Shown here one piece after another: positions 11,831 through 22,730 of a DNA stretch of 64,000 nucleotides. Numbering within the stretch: position 1 is the first letter of the stretch; each line of letters starts with the position of its first letter. The translations under genes and the position numbers were made by a program. The DNA comes from Lama guanicoe (taxonomy: Eukaryota), in assembly GCA_013239625.1 (NCBI GenBank), contig MU053652.1, positions 6,377,902 to 6,441,901 on the forward strand, given 5' to 3'. Below the pieces are notes generated by a model, which made no database searches, was not told where the DNA came from, and saw nothing but the letters and a program-made list of their open reading frames with translations.

Positions 11831-14800
11831 TTTCTTAATAATCACAGATTTAAAATGTTATGCAAATTTGGAGATTTTTTTTCTCTTGTATTCCACTGAG
11901 TGTAACCATTTGTAAATTCACTTTTGAAGTTCTAAAATTCTGAACACAGAGAGTCTGAATTTCATACTGTGTGTGTGCATGTGTGTGCATCACTAAATAG
12001 ACAGGATACCCTAGATTGCTTGTAGCTAAGTCTCTTAACATATATAAGTATTTATTGTTAAGTCAATTACATATAAATTATATAAATTAATTATGTATAG
12101 GCACATAAACTAATCTTATCATATAGTGGATTTAATATGGCTAATGTTATTTTTTGGAATTAAGTAACATGTACTCCAAGATAGAATAGAATAAGAAAGT
12201 TTCCTCTTCTTTCAACTCTTACAGAAGAGTTTTGATCATTAGAAGTTGCATAAAGAATGTCTTAATAATCTACTCTCAATTGCAGTTGAAACAAGCTGCA
12301 AGAATTTTCCTACATAATTAAAATAGAAACTCAGTTGTTTTGAGTTTTTAAGTAAATGGATTTAAAATAGAAAATTGATCCAGCTAAGTTATAAAAATAT
12401 TTACTAAATTATTAGACTTGATAAGTCTAGTAAATTTTCTGTCAACTGAGATAAAGTGGTCATTTAGAAATTTCCTAGAGCTAGAAAAAAAATCTACATG
12501 TTTTTAGATTTTGAGATTTAGAAATATTTATATAAAACATATAATGACAATATGTGTTCTAAGTGAGTTGGTGTTTTTGTTTAATGAAATACAAAAGAAA
12601 GTTTTTCTGCTATTACTCTGATGAAGAAATAAGGTCACATATATATATGACATTAAATCTAGATGAATTTTTAACTTTAATGATCAACTCAGCTGGGGAT
12701 TTATTTCAAATATTACACTTAAAATTCCAGAACCAAGAATTACTTCAAAAGAGTATCTTTCTACTGATAATTCATTGTAATTACATTAAAAACAAAGTTT
12801 TGAGTACTGTAGAAGGTGCTAAGCTCAAGTAGAAAAAAACAAATAAAAAGATGAATTAAAAACTCACAACGGTCTATGTTTTTGTCTATGTCTTTGTTTG
12901 GTAGGCTATATATTTCTTGATGAAGTAAACAGATGATATTATCACAGAATTATTAGTCTTTTACATTAATAAAGTGTATTTCAAAATGAAAATATTGAAT
13001 GTAGGAGATACTTAGAGGGAAAACAAAAACAAACCTAACAACATATAACCTGGATTATGTGTGTGGAGTTTTTCATCTATGTTTAGTGAGGATATTAAAC
13101 ATTAGAAAGAATATAATTGTGTTTCACTTTTCAGATTGCAAGTTGAACAGCCTTGTGACATTTCTTTGTCTTCTGCATCTGTTATTTATCACTGGCCATT
13201 TGCTATAGACTTGACAAACTGGGCTAGATTACTTTTCTTTGGCACTCTTTCTTGTTAGTTTTCTCTTTCCAACCAATTTATTTCTTCCTCACATGATGAT
13301 GCACATTTATTTTGGCATCATGATACATATGCTTAACTCTTGTACGGTGTATCTAAAGAAAATGCAAATCTGTGTCATTTCTTTTCATTTACACTTATTA
13401 TTTGAATATGATTAAACTGGCCCCAAGCAAAATTTCTTTTATTTTTATATAAAAATATATCTACGATTTTGGATTCATGTCTATAAGTTACCATAGTAAA
13501 AAATAGTGAATCCCTTAAAAGTTTCTCCTTAATGTTACCTAGGAAATGTGTTATATAAAGAATCAGAAGCAATCCATTAAATAAAACCTTAACAGAGGTT
13601 CTAATTATATTGCTAATTAGAATTGGACTGGCTCCATCCCAATCATTTCAAATTTGTAAACTTACTCAAAGGAAGTATCTTTAGAACAAGGGTGCAAAAT
13701 GTGGAATATTTTAATCTTTGAGTTTTCATTGTGTTCTTATTCAAAACATATGGTCTTCTTATGCATAATGGGATAACTAAAAATCTAAGATCTCCCCAAG
13801 AGGATATGACAAGTTCTGCTAGCAGCTAGATCTCTTGTTCTCTTCAAAGAGACAAAGGACACACAATGTGCTAACCTATGAAGCAGTGGGGGAGCCATAG
13901 TAGTGGTCAAAGCATGGAGTTAAGTAATCTTATAAAATAACCATTGAAATTATAGTCTTAACTCGTTCCATCCAGGTTTACTTGAAACAACTGCTGTCTC
14001 CTTACTTTTCAGATCAACAGTACATGCACAGCCATTAACACTAACGAGAATACACTTCATTACTTTTCCTTCTCAGAATCTCTGTTCTCTGTCCTTCCGG
14101 AAATCTCCCCATCTCCCAGCTGTGGGGATTTTGGTAGGTATGAATTCATGCAATTTAAATTCTCTTATAAAGTCTTTTTTTCTTTTTTCTTGTTTTGGAA
14201 GAGAAAGAGCAAGTGAAAGCCAGAGAGAGAGAGAGAGCATGTGCTTCCTTATAAAATCCCAGAATTAACAATTTTAGAATTCTGCTTATATTCCATTAAG
14301 TTTCTTTTGAGGGAATGACCCATTTGTTCACATGACATTCCTAAAGATGAAGAGAAAAATGCAAGTTTTGTTACGTTTGGTCATCGACAGGAGTGGGCAT
14401 TGATTGTGTGGTAACAGCTGGGATTGTGTAGAGATTAAATATGATTTTATGATAAGCATGCACATTTTTAGAAAGACTAAAGAGTTAATTCTTCAACATT
14501 AAAATGTTCTCAAGCATCTTGAAATTTATTCTCTGGCTACTTTTTCAAGCATCTTAAAGCACGCTTTATATATAATATTATAATTAATGATTCTCTCTTA
14601 ACTCATTCGTATATTTATATATTTACGGAGTTCATTTCCAAACAATCTTCAGGTAATATTTTTTTCTTTTAAATTGTGTGAGGTATTTGGGTGGCAGCTT
14701 TTAATCTTAGGTTTTTTTATTTGTCATAATTGTTTAGCTAATGTTCTAGTATCATCCTTGTCATCATAATATTATTAATATTAGTAGTAATAGTGATATA

Positions 14801-15149
14801 AAAAGTAGCATTATTACAGTATTTTGTGGTTTACAGAGAAAGTTCACAATTGCCCTGTGACAAATGTAAAACCCAATATTCATTAATATATTTTTTTAAA
14901 GTTTCATTTAATTTTATTTAATTGAAAATCCTATATGAATGAACTAAAGTCAGTTTAAGGATGTTTAATGGACAGCAATTTAAGGACAGAAACCAGGATC
15001 CAACTGTGTTTGCTTCTACTATTTTTTCTAAGACTAGCTGATTTTTACATCATTGCAATTATATACTACACATATTTTTATTTTGTCTTTTAATTTGTCA
15101 TTATTTAAAAATCCTGCTCTAAGTCTGGAAAAGACCCTTTTAAGAAATG

Positions 15150-15590
15150 ACTGTTAAGCATATTTAAAACAAAACACAACTAATCAACACTTAGGGAATA
15201 ATAAACTAATATATGATTTGGAACATTTCTTGCCTTTCAATTCTGAAAAACAATTCTTAAAGATAATCCCTAACTGGACAAAATGCAGGGAAACAAGTTT
15301 TCTCACACATCAATAAAGAGAAGGAGAATAAATGGTCACAACAGTTTGGGAAAGTGCTGTAGAAATATGTTACAAGACTGTAAACACACTTACATTATTT
15401 GGCCCAATAATTCGACTTATGGGAAACAATCTGAAGGAAACAATATTAGAAAGAGGCAAAAATGCATATTGTAGAATCTTTTTAAAGCATAAAAATTAGG
15501 AAATGGTGTAAACGCTGAATAACATAAATATGACTAAATAACTTGCAGTCGATGGCCTCCAATCATGGTATGCAGTGACTTAAAATGCTC
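15150..15590 (+). mobile_element. Ancient L1ME ORF2 3' fragment
   Basis: gggaaacaagttttctcacac…taaatggtcacaacagtttgggaaag…ggcccaataattcgacttatggg match the L1 ORF2 C-terminal region. Confidence 0.6.
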
Positions 15591-15989
15591 GCCAACAATT
15601 TATTACAATTATATCCCTGTGCTTCTCTTGCACAGGCTCTTTTACATGTTTTTGCTTTGCCCTGGGTTTGGCTCATGTTAAAAATATCCAGAAGTAGAGA
15701 GGCTCTGTCTCTTTCTGTAATTGTTAAATGAAAGTTCAGAGTTTTAATTGGAACAACTCAACTTGTTTCCTCCTGAGCTAGTCTACCGTGTCAAGAAGGG
15801 CTGAGGTCTCAATCCCAGGAGCTCATGATGGATCAATACCTCCACACCGCAGGCTGCGGTGTAATGGGGACAGAGCGTAACGGATGCTGGAGATGCATGC
15901 AGCTATAGTTTTAGAAGAGAACTGATGTCATATAGGAGTGTACTGTCATGCAGCTGCTCTTAAATAAAACAAAAAGACTAAAAACACGA

Positions 15990-16190
15990 TGGCATTTATT
16001 AAACTTTTGAACAGGATCCATTTTTCATATTATCAGCAACCTGGCAAAACTGGTACCTTTATTGACATCTTACAAACGGCAACACTGAGGTTCACTGAGT
16101 AGAATGAATTCATTTGTTCAAGGTTGTAGTCACTGGCATTTAAACCAGTTTTAACGGTAAATCTTATGCTCATTCTATGGCTCCTGTTAC
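15990..16190 (-). mobile_element. MIR SINE
   Basis: catcttacaaacggcaacactgaggttcactgag…tttgttcaaggtt is the antisense MIR core. Confidence 0.6.
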
Positions 16191-16899
16191 TTCCTCACTG
16201 TGGTTGGCAGCAAGCAGTCGTGAGGTGTGATTTTTTTTTAACAAACTTTAAAAATAAGTAACAATCTGCTTTATTTTTAACTTAAGGTATTTTTTCTAGA
16301 TTTTAACAATGTGGTAAGAAATAGAAAATACATAATTTAAAATGATATTGTAAAATTTATGTGAAGAGAATGGGTGTGGGAGGTGGTATATGGTCCCCAG
16401 AGAGGCTAAGGAATATGAAGATGGGGACACTGTATCATAAAATCCCCTGCATAGTAGGCATAGCCCTTGGCCATGTATATTGGCATCTCATATACAAGTC
16501 TGTATGTAGCAAGTGCATGGCTGGAAATTGCTTCCCATTATCCGGAAAAGAAGCAATCAACAAGAGAGCACATGGCAAAAATATGAAAATGGGGACATAG
16601 AGGCATAATAAAAGAACATTCCGGAAAATCTCTGAAACATCCTTACCAACATGACACTTTGTTTAAAAAAAATTCAAATTGTATGCAGACAAACTTAATA
16701 TTTTAAACATCATATATAGAATAACAGTAGAAAAATTGTTTATCAAGATGGAGCTAAACCAAATGTAAGGCATAATTATGCATGTCAATATTTCAATTGT
16801 TGCACATATGTGAAGTGTCTGGATTTGTAAATTCCCCGTTAGAAGGCATTAAGGTCAAGAGACAAATCAATGCTTATTTAAAAACAACTTATTTTTTTA

Positions 16900-17050
16900 A
16901 TAGAGTGTAACACAAATTCCAGCTCTAAAGCCATGTCAGGGCTGTGATCCAGGGTCTGCGGGGCTTTGTCCCATCTCTGCCACAAGAATGTTTATGACGT
17001 TGGTAAGTTGATTTATTTCATTGTGCCTGTTTCGTATAGGTGAACTGATA
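16900..17050 (+). mobile_element. MIR SINE fragment
   Basis: cccatctctgccac…tgacgttggtaagttgatttatttcattgtgcctgtttc resembles the MIR core. Confidence 0.55.
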
Positions 17051-17730
17051 TAGCTATTCTGGGTTATGTCTAAAATTTTCTCTGGTTCTAATTGGTTATT
17101 TTTCATAAATTCTACTAAACAAATACTTCTTCCGGTAGAATGTGCAAACTTTATTCTGCAGTATGTACTCATAAATACATGATAATTGATATAACAAATA
17201 CTGACTTTCTACTCAGCTGGTGCAACTAGGGAACGCAGTGGTCAACAAGAAATATGGACTCTATTTCATTATTAGTGTACCCTTTGAAGTATAAGAAGGT
17301 AGTAAATTTATTTTTCCCCCCACTTCTATCTTTAACTCTACAAGAATGAATCTGGCTTCCTACTCCTGGCATATATGTATGTATGTGTATATAAGTATGT
17401 GTGTCTGTGTGTATATCTTTCAGGGATTTTTTTCTTGTTATTTTTATGTTTTCAGGTTTATAAAAAAGTTTAGTGTGATCCAGGCTTTTCATTTTCACGT
17501 TTAAATAGCCTAGTGTTATATAAACAAAAATGACTGTTTCTCTTCCAATATAATGCTTACCCTGCCCACCCCATCCCCCTAGCCCTGTGTCTGACTCTTT
17601 ACTCTTTCTGTCACATCTTCCGACTCACTGCCTGCTGCCAATAGATGGGTGGCAGTCAGGAAATACTTCTTACAGAAGAAGTCATTTCAGCTTAATATCC
17701 CAGAGAAAGGTAGCAGCATGAAAAATCATT

Positions 17731-18060
17731 CTAGGTTCATAAATTGAAAGCCCACAGGCCCCATCCAGAATATAGATATGTTTTTTCTGATCCCACCATG
17801 CTTTAAAACATTTTTCTTAATGGCCAATATTTATAAAGTTGGAAGATTTTGAGTAATAAAATAGATTTCCAGTTTCTTTCATAAATTAGAAGACTGAGCC
17901 AGTGTAATGGTATGACTTAATAGCTAGAGCCGGGTGCATTAGAGGGGGTACAGCAAAGTCCCAGTCATTAACTTTCCCGCCACTGCCTCTCATGAATGGA
18001 TTATACTGGGTCCGCTTTGCTTAGAAGATCTGTTTTCTCACTGGCATTTGAGATTTGAAA
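17731..18060. mobile_element. hAT-Charlie MITE (MER102-like)
   Basis: gcccacaggccccatccag…ggaagattt…agatttccagtttctttcataaattagaaga resembles MER102. Confidence 0.55.
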
Positions 18061-18084
18061 TTGCAAGTTCCCCGATACGCTGGG

Positions 18085-18600
18085 GCTCAGTTCAGTTAAG
18101 GTTCTTATTTATAAACATCGGAACCTAGGCTAACAAATTTAGCAAAAACAAATTGATAAAGGAGAGTACAGCGTTTTCATCAATTGTAGGAGGAGCTGAA
18201 AATCTGGCTTGGAAGCCATGCCACCAAGAGCAACAGCTGAATCACAGCCATGTGCTGCTCATGGGAGCCATTCTGCTGCTTCTGCACAGGCCACACGGCT
18301 GACATCGGGTCTGGAAGCCTGCATGGTGTCTACTGCAGAAAGCTTGTGATTTTAATTTTCTCTGCAGCACACTGCCACCCTCTCCAGCAATACTGAATCT
18401 GCTCAAGGCCACCATCCTCCTGCTCCTTTCTTCTGAGTGATCCTTTGAAAGGTTATAAGAAACCTATACTGTATCTCTAAGCAAGGCTACAGAGGCAAAT
18501 TTGGGCTTCTACCTTGGTGAAGTAGGACACACAAAACGGAAAACTAACAAAATATCCAAAGCGTGTTCAAAAGATACTTGGCACTTAAGGATGACTGTGT
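18085..18600 (-). mobile_element. Old MaLR LTR (MLT1K/L/N-like)
   Basis: Begins cagttaaggttcttatttataaacatcggaacc…ggctaac…ttagcaaaaac…ttgataaagg, like the antisense start of old MLT1 LTRs. Confidence 0.45.
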
Positions 18601-19803
18601 AAATGTGCATTTGCAATAAGGCATATCGTGAGCTGCCCTGATGGAGACGAAATTTCAGACTATTTCTCCTGTGCCTAATCCATTATTTTATCCGTGCCTC
18701 TAGCTCTGTATTTATAGAAAACTGAAATCCTAATGAAACAATCTGAAATGGTAAAACTTTCAGGTACTGTAAGGAGGTTTCCATTTTAATTTTCAAAATC
18801 TCCATTTAAAAACTAGTATTTCTCAAAACATGCACGTATTAACCAGCCAATGCGTCTCACATATAAATCTGGATAAGACCAGAAGTCTTCTGACATTGAT
18901 AGAAGAACAAACCCCTAATGTACTACTATTAGGTCAGGGAAGGCACAAAATGGTAACAAGGAATGCAGTTATCTTCTTCTCGATAGCATAGATATCTCAT
19001 TCCAGGATTTATCTTTCGGGAGACACCCAAATACGCCCCATGGGTACCACAAAGCATCATTTAATCTCACAATGAGGTCCTAGTTTTTCCATTAGAAATT
19101 GAATTATTTTGATAAATAATAACATTGCACTGTAACTTTCTGTACATATGATGATGGGGTAGACAGTACAGCATACGAAATAGTTGAAAGTATGAATGTG
19201 TGTGCATTTTGAATGAGTGAATGTTTTTAATAACAGGCTTTCAGATCATCAGAATAGTTACAGAAACCTGAGCTGAGATAGTTTCCACATCCTCAATCAT
19301 GTTACAGTTTTTCACATTGTAATGAGATAAAGGTCCTCCTGGTTTTGCCAAGGTAAGTAGAAGTATCAATTATCTGAAATATAATTTAATTTCTTTTGTG
19401 TGTCAGGCCAATAGAAAAGAAGGGATACAGATGGAAAAAGAAAAGCATCATCAAGAAGTCATAAATAATTATATCCAGAGGTCTACCTAAGCAGCTTATT
19501 CAGACTTTTGTTTGTCTTCATCCAATTATGTGACTTACAAAAGTGGTGATTAAATGAATGAATAAGTGATCTGTTCATAAACCAGGAAAAAAAAAGACAG
19601 CTTACAACTTGATCACTGATCACTGCTCAGTGAAGGCCAAGGGAACAAGAGAGGAGGCAGAGCAGTGGCTCACAGCAGCAGATCTGGAATAAAAATGAGA
19701 CGGGAAAGAGCACCCAGGAGGGCAGGTTTAGAGTCAGAGACCGGCCACTTCCTTTACCTGATTTTATTACAAAATATGTTGCAGGAAAGAAATGACTAAA
19801 AAT

Positions 19804-19913
19804 GTAGACAGTATGCTTAGCATGCATGAGGTCCTGGGTTCAATCCCCAGTACCTCCTTTAAAAATAAATAAATAAATGACCTCCCCCTCAAACAAACAA
19901 ACAAACAAAAAAA
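19804..19913 (+). mobile_element. Camelid vic-1-like tRNA-derived SINE (5'-truncated)
   Basis: atgcttagcatgcatgaggtcctgggttcaatccccagtacctcc (B-box GGTTCAATCC), then aaaaataaataaataaa, cctccccc and a (CAAA)n/A tail. Confidence 0.85.
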
Positions 19914-20094
19914 TGAATAGCCCCCTTTCTGTGAGTGCTGGGGCAACCAGCCCCTGTGAGAAGTGTGCTTTCTTTCTCATTTCATGCACAGAGTTTGTAA
20001 AGATGAAGATACTTTAAGATATCACAGCTCTAAATATTACAATTATACTATTTTAAAATAAGCACGTTGAGATACTAGCAGAGTGACTCCCTCC

Positions 20095-20165
20095 TTCTTT
20101 TTTTTTCTTTCTCTTATCCTCTCTCTTCCTCTACCTCTTCCTCTTGCTCTTAGACTCTGTCTCTG

Positions 20166-20203
<38 letters not shown>

Positions 20204-20204
20204 A
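20095..20204. repeat. Compound (CT)n-(CA)n microsatellite
   Basis: Seen directly; ends in a pure (CA)n run at ~20179-20204. Confidence 0.95.
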
Positions 20205-20468
20205 CCCTCTCAAATCAGCATCTAGACACAACCAGCCCTGCATAACAACAGAAATTGATCCTGGCACTTATAAACAAAAAGAGCATACTTAAATGCTTAA
20301 AAATGCCAGAGTACTTTATAATGTCTACTATTGCTCATGGTGAATCTGACCGTTGTTAAGTATCTTGTAAGATTACCTCTTGCAAAAGAAAAAAAAAAAT
20401 CCCTAAGTTTACCATCAATTGAGAAATCTATAATACCTTTCTTTCGATCCTGAAAATTTCTCTTTCAG

Positions 20469-20551
20469 TTACCAGAGTGGCCCTTCCTGGTGTACCCTGT
20501 TATTTAGTAGACAAGTCTCTGTTGATTTTACAACCTCATAGCAGCACTCGG
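20469..20551 (+). other. Candidate 83-nt spliced exon
   Basis: Acceptor aaaatttctctttcag, donor CGG|GTAAGA; one frame is open (TRVALPGVPCYLVDKSLLILQPHSSTR) but unrecognised. Confidence 0.25.
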
Positions 20552-20939
20552 GTAAGAAAGCCTGCACAGACCACCTGAATAAGAAATAGGAAATAATTTC
20601 TTTTATGTGTTTGGAATAGGATGGTGATATTTCCATATTAAGTGGAAAAATGTACACTTGTGTATCTTGTTTGGTTTTAAACCTGGTCTCATAATCTTTA
20701 CACTTCTAATACCTGATAGTGGAGGCTGGGGTTGGGAGTGGACACAAGGGAAATGCTGGCACCAGAAGACAGTGCACAGGCTCAAAGGGGACAGAGGAAA
20801 GCATCCTCGGAGTCACGGTCGAGTGCACACTGTACAGGCACATCGAGGTTGCGGAGCTGACGCTCTTTGCCGAGCTACACCTTTCTTTATCTCTGCAGCA
20901 TTTCCTGTTATTCACCGAGTCACCTCTAAGAACACTCTT

Positions 20940-21875
20940 CCTGCTCCTCAGTGCTTAGTTAGGTTCTCTCTGTACTTCTCTGGTCTCTCCATCTCCTCAC
21001 CTCCCAAGCTACCGTTTCTCACCTCCACTGAGGTCGTTCTCCTACTCTCTATGGACATTCCATGCTGTTGTCAATGCCGGACTGGCTTAGTTGCCATCTC
21101 TCTCTGTAAATTCCTAAATCGGTCTTACTTTCATTCCCAACCTCCCTCCCAAACTCAAGCCACACATTTCAAACTTAGAGTGTAGTTGTGAAGCACCTCC
21201 TCCCATAGCTTCTACATTTTGCTGTTATTATTGTTCTTGAAAACTCACATTATTCGTTAATTACTCCTTCACCCTTAGCACTAACCCCTAAATCCAGTGA
21301 GTTGCAAGTCTTGTTCTATTAGTTTTTCATATTTATGCCAGAAATCCCTTTGTGATTCCTATGGTCCTCACTCTAGTCTCTTATTTCCTAACACCTGGAT
21401 TGTTAACTGGTTTCTTGTCTACTGTCCACTCCACTGATGAGTCCAACCTTCAGGAAACTACCACAATACTCTTTCTTGAATTACTATTCTGATTATATAT
21501 TCAAATTTCTTTTATAAATTGTCAGTAATTCTCTGTTTTATAAAAAATACTATCCAGACTCATTCCAAGTTATTGAAAAATCTGATGCTAAACTGGCCAT
21601 CTTATAAGACTTCACCCGTGTATGTTAATACATATTGTTAAGATAATACATATTGTTCAAGGATAAGTTCAAACACCATGAAGCATCCAGGAGTACTTCT
21701 TCTCTAACTATGCTTATCCTTTCTATCCTGTCTTGTGTCCTTTTCTCTCTCTTTCTCCATCAGTGCATCCGTGCCATTTCACCTGCTAGACTATAAGCTT
21801 CTTTAGGAGAGTGACTATATATCATGTTCGATCCTTTTCCTAGTAATTTTCAGTAAGTATTTGATGAGTAGATTA
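20940..21875 (+). mobile_element. L2 LINE 3' region (degenerate)
   Basis: aatccagtgagttgcaagtcttgttc…cacctggattg…ctagactataagcttctttagg…cagtaagtatttgatgag match the L2 3' end. Confidence 0.6.
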
Positions 21876-22569
21876 ATAAAACATATTACTAAAATTATAT
21901 AACATAATGAATTGCCATACTAAAAAAGTTGTAACAGAACATCTCTTAAAAACTCCATAAGTGTAATGATTCAATGAAAGCATGAAGCTTAAAGACATCT
22001 TCAGATATCCTACTATAAATAACAAAGTTTATATCTTTTATATTTCTTAATAATAACTACATTGCAAAATAAAATTCTAATAATTCATTTGAAATAATGT
22101 TGCCAAGTAGAATCCTATCACATCAGTTGGTATCACAGAGCTGTCTGTCCACAATTATCCTGGGCAGGCAAAAGTTCTCATTTCTATCATTGCATTTTTT
22201 TTCCCCTACTCTATTTCTTGATCCTTGGTGACATTAGAACCTCATTAGTGTTTTTAATTGAAGTTATAAAACAAACCAATCTTAAATTTATCTTGGCATT
22301 TCCAATGTTATAACACACCATACCCCAGGCCTCATTTGTGTTGGTAGCCTGCAATTCTGAGCTTCACTGGAAGTTTTTCATTGTTTACGAAATGTTCTAA
22401 AATCATAAGCATAATTTTTATCCAGTATTCATTAAGGGCACTCTGTGTACAAATCAGGTGAGGGTGAGAAAATATACTACAATATGACAGTTAAAGCATC
22501 TCTGCAGTGGAACTGTTACGTGCATTGATGGTTTCAAATGCAAAGTGTAGCAAATGCCACGTGGGAGAA

Positions 22570-22730
22570 GGAGGGTGGGCTATTCGTACTACTTATTAGC
22601 AGCCTGGATACACCTTGGATACACTGCCAAGACTCTCAGGGTCTCCTTTGCCAAACTCATAATATTGTTATAAGGAATAATAGAGATAATGTAAGTCAAG
22701 TACCCAAAACCTGGTAAAGTTTCAATCGTC
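22570..22730 (+). mobile_element. MIR SINE fragment
   Basis: ctacttattagc…ccttgg…ttgttataaggaataatagagataatgtaagtcaagtaccc. Confidence 0.5.

Noticed and set aside
19804..19856. tRNA-like sequence with a B-box
   Set aside because: It is a SINE head: the 5' arm and A-box are missing and it is followed by the SINE tail.
20658..21185. Longest ORF in the track (175 aa)
   Set aside because: Starts at a non-ATG codon, runs into L2-derived sequence and has no recognisable domain; consistent with chance in a locally GC-richer patch.
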